Shown here piece after piece: positions 7,151 through 14,523 of a stretch of DNA of 16,954 bases. The stretch's first letter is position 1. Each line of letters starts with the position of its first letter. This DNA comes from a bacterium (GTDB taxonomy: Bacteria > Sysuimicrobiota > Sysuimicrobiia > Sysuimicrobiales > Kaftiobacteriaceae): assembly GCA_044868695.1 (NCBI GenBank), contig JBIOWP010000103.1, positions 1 through 16,954 on the forward strand, given 5' to 3'. The notes below the pieces were generated by a model that worked only from the letters and a program-made list of their open reading frames with translations, made no database searches and was not told where the DNA came from. A program made the translations under genes and the position numbers.

Positions 7151-8056
7151 TCAGAAACCCGTCAGGGCCAGGACGAGGCTGATCCCCGACAGCCACTGCA
7201 TCACGTCGCCGAACGTGACCGTCTTCGCCGGGACATAGACGATATCGGTGTTCTGCAGAACCATGTTAGTGGACTGGTCGCCTGTCTTGAGCATGGCGGC
7301 CACGTTCACGGTGGCCACCGGGGTTCGGCCGGTCGCGGTCTGCCGGACGATCGTGACCGATGTCAGGACAGCCTTTGGAGCCGGGCCACCGGCGGACGCG
7401 ATGGCGTCGAGGACTTTTGCACCCTCGAGCAGATCGTAGGCGCCGGGGGACTGCACGCTGCCCAGAACGAGCACGCGGTTCTTCAGCTCGGGGACGAGGA
7501 TCACGTCTCCTACTTCCAGCGCGACATCTGCCGACGTATCACCCTGGAGGATCAGGCGGCCCAGGTCAAGAGGCATCGGCGTGCCCGAAGCGCGTCGGAT
7601 GACCGACGCCGTCTTCAACGCGGCTTTGGAGGTGAGCCCACCGGCCTTGGCGATAGCCTCCATGGCCGTCCAGCCAGGCATCATCTCGTAGGCCCCTGGG
7701 TTGCGCACTTGCCCCACCAGATAAACGAACGCCTCCCGGTTCTGTGAGACAATCACCGTCACTTGTGGACGTTTCAAGAACCGCCGTAGGGCCGCGGCCA
7801 GGGTGTCCCGTAGCTGGTCGACCGTAAGACCCGTGACTTCGACCTCTCCCACCAACGGGAACGTGATCTTGCCGTCCGGGCGCACCGTGACCTTCTTTGT
7901 TAGGTCCGGCTCGTCCAGCACGGATATCTCGAGCTCGTCGCCAGGACCCAGTCGGTACTCCTGGGCCAAGGCCGGATGGCCAGCCAGCAAACTTGCGGCC
8001 AGCCACAGTGCTGCCAGTGCCGCAATTGTCTTGTGGACTACCTCAGAACGCGTCAT
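7151..8056 (-). CDS. wza: Polysaccharide export protein, OPX/Wza family (Poly_export plus two SLBB domains)
   Basis: Start moved to ATG 8056 (GGAG upstream), 301 aa; EYRLGPGDELEISV...VRPDGKITFPLVGEVEVTGLT...PQVTV; SLBB repeats VYLVGQVRNPGAYE and VLVLGSVQSPGAYDL; DIVYVP then a C-terminal amphipathic helix. Confidence 0.93.
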   Translation of the reverse strand: MTRSEVVHKTIAALAALWLAASLLAGHPALAQEYRLGPGDELEISVLDEPDLTKKVTVRPDGKITFPLVGEVEVTGLTVDQLRDTLAAALRRFLKRPQVTVIVSQNREAFVYLVGQVRNPGAYEMMPGWTAMEAIAKAGGLTSKAALKTASVIRRASGTPMPLDLGRLILQGDTSADVALEVGDVILVPELKNRVLVLGSVQSPGAYDLLEGAKVLDAIASAGGPAPKAVLTSVTIVRQTATGRTPVATVNVAAMLKTGDQSTNMVLQNTDIVYVPAKTVTFGDVMQWLSGISLVLALTGF

Positions 8057-8098
8057 CGCTCTCCATCCCAAGGCGAATCATTTACGTCGGAGTTTCGC

Positions 8099-8203
8099 GT
8101 GCATGGCTCCGCCGCCCTCATGCACCGGTCGGCCATCCGGTGACATCGACAGTGTCATCAAGATTCAGAACTGCCCGCCTTCTCAATTATTGACGAGACG
8201 GGC
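8099..8203 (-). promoter_or_regulatory. Structured leader upstream of wza (chain of short inverted repeats)
   Basis: GTGCATG/CATGCAC (8099-8125), CACCGG/CCGGTG (8123-8142), TGACA-N7-TGTCA (8141-8157), GCCCG(cct)TCTC/GAGACGGGC (8173-8203) enclosing TCAAT-T-ATTGA. Confidence 0.35.
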
Positions 8204-8217
8204 CGTGCTGCCTGCGC

Positions 8218-8445
8218 CTACCTTGCGGTGACGTCCCCTTCGTCGAGCGGGCACAGCCCTTGGCCATACTCCGTCAGGGGACGCAAGACATAAAAGAGGT
8301 CGCGCGGCCCTTGGTGTTTGCGCGCGAAGTAGAATCCGATGACGTGGTACGCCTCACCCTGAAACAACACGGTCGGTTGTCCGCGGTCCACACTCCTCAC
8401 CGTGCACTCATCGGCTCGGGCGTTGACATGACCTCGTGCCTGCAT
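8218..8445 (-). CDS. Possible small hypothetical protein (75 aa)
   Basis: From internal ATG 8445: MQARGHVNARADECTVRSVDRGQPTVLFQGEAYHVIGFYFARKHQGPRDLFYVLRPLTEYGQGLCPLDEGDVTAR; protein-like beta-strand pattern, same strand as the EPS cluster; weak RBS; no family recognised. Confidence 0.35.
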   Translation of the reverse strand: MQARGHVNARADECTVRSVDRGQPTVLFQGEAYHVIGFYFARKHQGPRDLFYVLRPLTEYGQGLCPLDEGDVTAR

Positions 8446-8624
8446 CTCATTCCGCCTAACCCCGCGTCTTCCCAGCTTGAAGCGCCACCGCGGCGTATGG
8501 CCCCTATTCTTGCGCTGGATTCGGGAGGAGGTCGATCCATCGAGGGACTGAACTTCTGAGTGGGGAGGATAGAGATTGGATGCCGCCAAAGTCATGACGC
8601 ACCGGCGGCCGGAGGGAAGAGCCG

Positions 8625-9887
8625 ATGACCCGCAATAGACAGAGGATCGGGTGCAGCGACCGGGGCGGAAGGTACACCCTCCGCGGCCTGGGAGCGATGG
8701 CGCCTGCTGGTGTCCTGCTGCTCCTGGTGCTCAGCGTCCCCGCTGCACCGGCCGACCTCGCCGTTCTGACCCCTGTCGTCATCCCGGTCCCAGAGCAGTT
8801 CCATACCGGGGGTGCCTATACGGCGATCCAGGCCGCGCCCGACGGAAAAGTGTATCTTGGCACCACTTTTTATGATGGATTCGCTCGTTTTCTGGTATGG
8901 GCGCCAGGTCAGCGGGAGTTCCAGTTGGTCGCCGACATGGCGGAAGCGACAGGAGAGAAGACTCCCGGCCCGTACGCACAGGCCAAGATCCACACAAAAC
9001 CGGCGATCGCACCGGACGGAAAGGTCTACTTTGGGACGAAGTCCGGGAAGCCTGCGGATGACGAGCGCTGGCAGGCGAATTATCCGGGAGGGCACCTGCT
9101 CGTCTACGATCCCGGCGCGGCACGTGTGACCGATCTGGGGATCCCTCGACCCCGCCAGAGCATCATCGCGGTCGGCGTCGACCCTCGTCGCAACATCATC
9201 TATGCGCTCACCGACCCCGAGGTCCACCTCATCACGTTCAATCCGCAAACGCGCACCTTCGTCGACAGAGGCCCGCTTGCCTCGTCGGGTCCGCCCACAC
9301 GGCATCTCGTGGTACTGGCCAATGGGGATGTGTATCACCCAGCCGGGAATGACGCGTTCGTACGGTATGATGCCGCCGCCAGCCGGATGGAACGCGTCCC
9401 CCTGCAGTTTTCTGGTCGCGGGTCTTACGAAGTATCAACGATAGGCCACGGTCCGTACGCTATGGCGGCGAATCTCGATGGGAGCCGGTTCCACGGCGTC
9501 GGGCAGTCTTCGGGCGAGACATATTCATTTGTCCCCGCGCCGCAGTCCCTGACCGTGCTGTTGCACGGCCGCGCTGACAAACCGGAACCGGGGCGACGCG
9601 TCATCTACTACACGATGGCCGCTGCCCCTGACGGAAATGTCTATTACACTGCTGCGGCCGTTGAGGAGGCTCCCGAGGGCGTGCTATATGTCCTGAAGCT
9701 CGTCACCACGGCTGGACGGCCAGAGGTTGTGGGGCGCGTTGCGCCGATTCCGCCCCCGCCAGGATGGCAGCGACGGTATCGTCCGCAGACTCAGGGGGCA
9801 ACGGTCGCCCCAGATGGGACTCTGTACGTCATGCTCGCCTACCCGCTTCGGGTTCTAGCTTTTCCACGGTTGGCCGCGCGGCCATGA
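8625..9887 (+). CDS. Secreted beta-propeller protein of unknown function
   Basis: GGAGGG upstream of ATG 8625; hydrophobic signal GVLLLLVLSVPAAPA; repeated blades APDGKVYLGT, APDGKVYFGT, ANGDVY, APDGNVYY, APDGTLYV; motifs AQAKIHT and YPGGHLLVYDP..TDLGIP. Confidence 0.82.
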   Translation: MTRNRQRIGCSDRGGRYTLRGLGAMAPAGVLLLLVLSVPAAPADLAVLTPVVIPVPEQFHTGGAYTAIQAAPDGKVYLGTTFYDGFARFLVWAPGQREFQLVADMAEATGEKTPGPYAQAKIHTKPAIAPDGKVYFGTKSGKPADDERWQANYPGGHLLVYDPGAARVTDLGIPRPRQSIIAVGVDPRRNIIYALTDPEVHLITFNPQTRTFVDRGPLASSGPPTRHLVVLANGDVYHPAGNDAFVRYDAAASRMERVPLQFSGRGSYEVSTIGHGPYAMAANLDGSRFHGVGQSSGETYSFVPAPQSLTVLLHGRADKPEPGRRVIYYTMAAAPDGNVYYTAAAVEEAPEGVLYVLKLVTTAGRPEVVGRVAPIPPPPGWQRRYRPQTQGATVAPDGTLYVMLAYPLRVLAFPRLAARP

Positions 9888-11086
9888 CGTGGGTTCTGCT
9901 GGCGCGGACGTGTGCTGCCGTCACACTCTGCGTTGCGCTCGCCTCAGGGACGTCACCCTCGCCAGCTCAGGGCAAACGTGTGGCGTTCATCGTCGAGAGC
10001 TGGTACCCGGCGTCTCATGCCGATGTCATCGGGGCACGATTCCTCGAAGGATATCGGGTCGGGACTACTCACTACTTCTCTCCCGTGACGGTAGGCTCGG
10101 TGTACACCAATGCCCCGCGGCCGACCGACCAGACACAAGTACTGGCAGCGCGGTATGGATTTCGGGTGGCGCGAACGATCGCCGACGCCCTAGTCGACGA
10201 TCCCGCTGCCCCGCGCCCGCGATTGGCAGTAGACGGCGTGCTCATCGGCACGCGCGAAGATCTTCTGCGCCGCGGCGGCGAGCCGGCCAGCCCAACCCCC
10301 CGGCTTCAGGTGGTGAGGGAAGTGCTCCGGATCCTTGATCAGACGGGATCGCGTGTACCGGTGTTCTTTGACAAAATGATCTCGGCCAACTGGGCGGACA
10401 GCCAAGCCATCGTCGCGGAAGCCGAGCGTCGAGCGATTCCCCTGATGGGAGGTTCAGTCCTTGGGTTCATGCCGCTGGATCGACCGCTGCGCAGTGGGCG
10501 CATGGACGTTGTCGTCGCCATCACTGCTGGTCCGTACCGGGCGGACGCGTTTCACCTCGCTGAACTGCTTCAATCGCTGATGGAACGCCGGAGTTCCCGC
10601 GAGGTCGGCGTGAGTGGCCTTCGCGACGTCGGCCGCGCCTATTGGGCGATGCCGGATCGCGAGGTGTGGGGAGGCCGCGTTTTCGATGCGCTGCTCGCAT
10701 CCGTCAAGACGTTACCGGGCGGTCCACCGGGCTCAGGGGCTTCGATGGAACCCTCGGTCCTCCTGATCCAGTATCGGGATGGGGCAAGGGCCGTGCTGGC
10801 CGCCGTGCCGCGAGCGTTCGGCGAGGGAGAATTTCGCCTAGGCGTCCGCTACAGCGATGGATCCATCGAGACCAGCGGGGTCACCCTTCAGGGACCGCCA
10901 TTTGACCATTTCGGCTACCTCGTCCATGCCCTGGTCGCGCTATTCAACACTGGGCGTCCGCCGGTCCCCATTGAGCGTACGCTATTGACCACCGGCCTTG
11001 TCTTGCACGGTCTGAACGCGCAGGCCGCCGCCGTGGCTACACCCACCCTCGCTATCTCGTATCCTGCACCAGCAGGGGGTCCTTAA
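9884..11086 (+). CDS. Secreted conserved hypothetical protein, probable Rossmann/Gfo-Idh-MocA-like fold
   Basis: ATG 9884 overlaps the upstream TGA (ATGA), 400 aa; signal-like N-terminus; motifs KRVAFIV..SHADVI..RFLEGY, LAVDGVLI, VPVFFDK, PLMGGS, HF.YL, TGRPPVPIERTLLTTG, recalled from an uncharacterised family. The fold call is inference. Confidence 0.75.
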   Translation: MTWVLLARTCAAVTLCVALASGTSPSPAQGKRVAFIVESWYPASHADVIGARFLEGYRVGTTHYFSPVTVGSVYTNAPRPTDQTQVLAARYGFRVARTIADALVDDPAAPRPRLAVDGVLIGTREDLLRRGGEPASPTPRLQVVREVLRILDQTGSRVPVFFDKMISANWADSQAIVAEAERRAIPLMGGSVLGFMPLDRPLRSGRMDVVVAITAGPYRADAFHLAELLQSLMERRSSREVGVSGLRDVGRAYWAMPDREVWGGRVFDALLASVKTLPGGPPGSGASMEPSVLLIQYRDGARAVLAAVPRAFGEGEFRLGVRYSDGSIETSGVTLQGPPFDHFGYLVHALVALFNTGRPPVPIERTLLTTGLVLHGLNAQAAAVATPTLAISYPAPAGGP

Positions 11087-11975
11087 TCCCGGTCGGGGCC
11101 TCGCCACCGTTGGATTCCACAGGCTGGCTGATCTGCCCGAGCGCCATCGACCGCTGGTAGGCGGCCCAAACCGCCTTGGAAAGAACCGTGCGGAAACTTC
11201 CCTTTTCGAGCTGGTACAGCGCCGCCGCGCTGGTCCCCCCTGGCGACGTCACCATGTTCCGCAACTCGGCCGGATGGAGCTGAGCCTGTGCGGCGAACTC
11301 GGCGGCGCCACGGATGGTCTGGAGAACAAGCTGACGCGCATCGGCTCGGGAGAACCCCAAGTGCACAGCCGCGTCGATGAGCGCCTCCATGAGCAAGAAG
11401 ACATAGGCCGGTCCAGTTCCACTAACCGCCGTGGCCATGTCAAGATACTCTTCCTTCTCCACCGGAAGATCTGTCCCTAGCGCGCGCAGGATGGCGCGTG
11501 CTTGCGACCGCTGCTGGAAATTGACTTCCGCCGTCGCCGTCCACACCGTGATCCCTTCGCCGACCTGCGCAGGGGTGTTGGGCATGCAGCGAATGACCGC
11601 CCGGTGCAACGTACCTTCTACAATTGTCCTGATTCGCGCGCCGGCGACGACCGACACCAGGCAAGCCTGCGGGGCCAGGCTGCCTCGAATCTCAGCCAAG
11701 ACCGACGGCAGTATCTGCGGCTTAACCGTCAATACCACGATGTCCGCGGCGGCCGCGGCCAATCGGTTCTCTTCGCTCGTGTGTACACCAAAACGTGAGT
11801 GCAGTTCGTGGCGCCGGACCTCCCGGGGATGACTGGCGGTAATGGCGTTCGGGGAGACGAGGTGATGGGCCAGGACCCCCCGGATCATCGCTTCCGCCAT
11901 GACGCCAGCCCCGATGAACGCCAGTCGGGAGTTCGCCAACACCTCAGAGCCCTGTTGGGACGCGTGTGGATCCAT
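11052..11975 (-). CDS. proC: Pyrroline-5-carboxylate reductase
   Basis: FIGAGVMAEAM, LTVKPQ, VSVVAG, IRCMPNTP, TAVSGTGPAYVF, LRNMVTSPGGTS; true start may be GTG/TTG near 11942/11939; 3' end overlaps the convergent gene by 35 bp. Confidence 0.96.
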   Translation of the reverse strand: MDPHASQQGSEVLANSRLAFIGAGVMAEAMIRGVLAHHLVSPNAITASHPREVRRHELHSRFGVHTSEENRLAAAAADIVVLTVKPQILPSVLAEIRGSLAPQACLVSVVAGARIRTIVEGTLHRAVIRCMPNTPAQVGEGITVWTATAEVNFQQRSQARAILRALGTDLPVEKEEYLDMATAVSGTGPAYVFLLMEALIDAAVHLGFSRADARQLVLQTIRGAAEFAAQAQLHPAELRNMVTSPGGTSAAALYQLEKGSFRTVLSKAVWAAYQRSMALGQISQPVESNGGEAPTGIKDPLLVQDTR

Positions 11976-12063
11976 TTGGCATCAGCCTATGTGGGTTGGC
12001 CGACCATGTCGATCCGTCGAGAGGTAGATGGGGGGACCTAAACGGTAGAGGCCCCGCGGGGGA

Positions 12064-12711
12064 CTACTCGATCAAGCCTTTGCGCAGCACGAACGCGACA
12101 GCCTGCGTGCGGTTGCGGGCGCCCAGCTTGCGCAAGATGTTGTGGGTATGAGTCTTAACGGTCCCCTCGGCCACCACAAACTTGGCGGCGATTTCTCGAT
12201 CCGTGGCTCCCTTCGCCAGTTCGATGATAATATCGAGCTCACGGGAGGTGAGCCCATCGGATTCAAGCCGCATCCTGGCCCGTTGCTCGCGCGAGAGATG
12301 CGCAAGCCGTTCCATTAACTTCCGCGTGACCTCGGGATGGAAAAAGGCTCGACCGTTGCACACCGAACGGAGCGCCGCACTGAGATTCGTCACGGGGATA
12401 TCCTTCAGGACGTATCCTGTCGCGCCAGCCTCAATTGCCCGAAGCGCGCGACCGTCGTCCAGCTCGTCGGTCATGATGATGATCTCGGTAGCGGGAGTGG
12501 TCTCCTTGATCTCGAGTGCCGCGCGGACTGTGTCGCCCGGCATGTCCTGGTCCATCAACACCACGTCTGGTTTCAGCTCCCTAGCCAGTCGGGCAGCATC
12601 ATCAGCCGTCGCCGCCTCTCCTGCGATTTCAATCTCCGCGGCGTTCCCGAGCAGCGACCGAATCCCGTGCCGAATAAAGGCAAGGTCGTCCGCCACCAGC
12701 ACCCGGATCAT
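12064..12711 (-). CDS. NarL/FixJ (LuxR-HTH) family response regulator
   Basis: MIRVLVADD...PDVVLMD(phospho-acceptor)..MPG...GATGYVLKD; HTH LTSRELDIIIELAKGATDREIA..FVVAEGTVKTH..NILRKLGARNRTQAV. Confidence 0.95.
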   Translation of the reverse strand: MIRVLVADDLAFIRHGIRSLLGNAAEIEIAGEAATADDAARLARELKPDVVLMDQDMPGDTVRAALEIKETTPATEIIIMTDELDDGRALRAIEAGATGYVLKDIPVTNLSAALRSVCNGRAFFHPEVTRKLMERLAHLSREQRARMRLESDGLTSRELDIIIELAKGATDREIAAKFVVAEGTVKTHTHNILRKLGARNRTQAVAFVLRKGLIE

Positions 12712-13080
12712 CTTCCAGCCCCCCACTGCTCAAACCCTCAGCGCACCAACCGCCCAGGCGCCCGCGGGCGCGTTTGCAATAGGCCCAATATCACGGCAAT
12801 TTCACTGCCACATCATCCTCACCTGAGACTACTCGACCGTGTTTGGAAGGGGCGGATCAAGGCGGAGGACAGCAGACGAAGAAAGATATGAGTCCGTCGC
12901 TCCGGTGCCCTCGAAACCGACGGTCGGAACATCCAGGCTCGCTTGTCAATCAAGAACCTAGGCCGCGCTGCGAAGTCGAGCCTGTTCGCGTCGCAGCCGC
13001 CCGTCAGGGGGATTTCTTACTATTCTGGCCCGCCGACCGTTCTCCTCCTTGTGAGACTCCGACTTGTGCGAAGTTGAAAG

Positions 13081-13210
13081 GGAGCAAACCCCGCCTTTGG
13101 GTGCCAAAGGCCCGAGGAAGGACTTCCCGCCCTCCATCGGTTGGGAACCTGAACCCTATCCCACCATCTGGTGGTTCGCAGGTTCCACCCCGGATGCGTA
13201 CGCTTGCTCC
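13081..13210 (-). ncRNA. Candidate structured RNA (multi-branch fold), family not recognised
   Basis: Closing stem 13081-13089/13202-13210, perfect 8-bp stems 13093-13100/13104-13111 and 13144-13151/13179-13186, inner CCACCA/TGGTGG; a G-U pair in the closing stem favours the minus strand. Confidence 0.4.
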
Positions 13211-13252
13211 TATCAGTCTAGCTATCCAAAGAATGACCGGGGGCTCTGAGAA

Positions 13253-13560
13253 ATGCTGCCCAAAAAGGCCAAATACAGGCTGATGGCGCTCCTCCTGTCT
13301 GCCGGCAGCACCCCCGCGGGCCCCTGCTGATCATCTCTGAACTGGCGCGGAGGGAGCAGGATCCCCAAAGAGATCCTCGAGCTCATCCTGCTGGTTCTGA
13401 AGACCATGGGGTTCCTGTAGAGCAAGAAGGGCAGAGGAGGAGGGTACTTCCTGGGCCGACCTCCCGAAGCCGTCAGGCCCGGCAAGCTCGATTCTTACAA
13501 GCCTACATCGACCAGCGCTTAAGCGTCGGCGTGTGGAATGCGGGGAGGCGAATTTAGTTC
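13253..13560 (+). pseudogene. Rrf2-family (CymR/IscR-like) transcriptional regulator pseudogene
   Basis: Stitched across frameshifts: MLPKKAKYRLMALL / RQHPRGPLLIISELARRE / RIPKEILELILLVLKTMGFL*SKKGRGGGYFLGRPPEAV...TSA* / RRRVECGEA; in-frame TAG at 13418-13420; S-KG-GGGY-L-RPPE is the Rrf2 wing motif; C-terminal part missing; end coordinate approximate. Confidence 0.85.
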
Positions 13561-13597
13561 GCTCGGAGGGCCTATTCTCCTCCTTCATGATGTCGTC

Positions 13598-13639
13598 TAG
13601 ACACTCAGCGACCTTTCGTGTACTGTATACAGTCGACGA
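13598..13639 (+). promoter_or_regulatory. Sigma70-type promoter with overlapping GntR-type palindromic operator
   Basis: TAGACA (13598-13603), 17 bp, TACTGT (13621-13626); perfect palindrome ACTGTATACAGT (13622-13633) inside a 20/24 palindrome TCGTgtACTGTATACAGTcgACGA (13616-13639). Confidence 0.65.
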
Positions 13640-14523
13640 TGCAAGCCAGGACGGTGCTCCCCCACGCCAGCAGCGTCCTCAGCCTGAGGGTGAATCCCGC
13701 GGCGCTGGAGTTTGACCCGGCGCACGTCCGCTCGCTCCACCACCAGGTCCAGGCGTTCATCTTGAAAGCCACGTACGAGGGATCCCTCAACTCCGGGGAC
13801 CGCCTCAACGAAAGCGCGATCAGCGCCCAGTTGGGGATCAGCCGGACCCCAGTCCGCGAAGCCCTCACATACTTGGAAGGCTCCGGCCTCGTTGTCCGCC
13901 GGCCCCGCCGCGGCTTCTTTCTGGCCACGCTGTCCGCCGACGATGCCGCGCACTGCTACGCCGTGCGGGAGCTGCTGGAGGGGCACGCCGCCCGCCAGGT
14001 GGCGGGCCGGTTGACGGCATCGGGGTCCGGCGCTCTGGAAAATATCATTGAGGCCATGGGGCGCGCGGTCGAGGCCGGCGACTGGCCGCAGGCCGCGGTG
14101 CACAACATCGCCTTTCACGAAACCGTGGTCGATCTGGCCGCCAATCCCGTCCTGCTGCGGATGTGGACGTCGGTCGGGCCGGTCCTCTGGTATTTCGACT
14201 CACTGGCTCGCCGGGCGGTCGACTCGAAGACCAGAGAGAGTTTCGTCAAACGCCACAGACTGCTGGTGTCCGTGCTGCGGCGGAACGATGCCCCCTCGGC
14301 CGAGGCGACGTTCGTTGCACACATCGCCAGTGTCAAGCGTGAAGTGATCGCGCGTCTGAAGACGAGCGACGGCATCCAGAGGGGGAGCGAACATGAGGAG
14401 TCGATTCCGGGGCGAGATCATCCTGCTCGTCATCGTGCTGCTGAGTCTGATCAGCAGCGGCACACCGCTCGGGGCGCAGCAGCCGCTCGTGCTGCGCGTC
14501 CTCGACGAAGGCCCGACCGGTAA
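13639..14523 (+). CDS. GntR-family regulator, FadR/FCD subfamily
   Basis: wHTH GSLNSGDRLNESAISAQLGISRTPVREAL..LEGSGLV..PRRGFF; FCD domain YAVRELLEG, HNIAFHE, NPVL, H..L...L....A.....H; start uncertain (ATG 13639 chosen); stop lies 131 nt inside the next gene. Confidence 0.92.
   Translation: MQARTVLPHASSVLSLRVNPAALEFDPAHVRSLHHQVQAFILKATYEGSLNSGDRLNESAISAQLGISRTPVREALTYLEGSGLVVRRPRRGFFLATLSADDAAHCYAVRELLEGHAARQVAGRLTASGSGALENIIEAMGRAVEAGDWPQAAVHNIAFHETVVDLAANPVLLRMWTSVGPVLWYFDSLARRAVDSKTRESFVKRHRLLVSVLRRNDAPSAEATFVAHIASVKREVIARLKTSDGIQRGSEHEESIPGRDHPARHRAAESDQQRHTARGAAAARAARPRRRPDR

Noticed and set aside
8260..8559. 99-aa plus-strand ORF and TTGACA at 8423-8428
   Set aside because: TTG start without RBS, no family features, overlaps the more protein-like minus ORF; no adequate -10 box at 16-18 bp.
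13064..13215. Match of the structured segment to c-di-GMP-I, cobalamin or fluoride riboswitches, 6S, RNase P or a group II intron
   Set aside because: Only short fragments resemble each consensus (GCAAACC, AAAGGGA, GATGGAG, GAGGAA, GTGCG); required partner motifs are missing.
12843..13283. 146-aa plus-strand ORF across the intergenic region
   Set aside because: Pro/Arg/Ser-rich, TTG start, no recognisable domain; overlaps the structured segment and the Rrf2 remnant.
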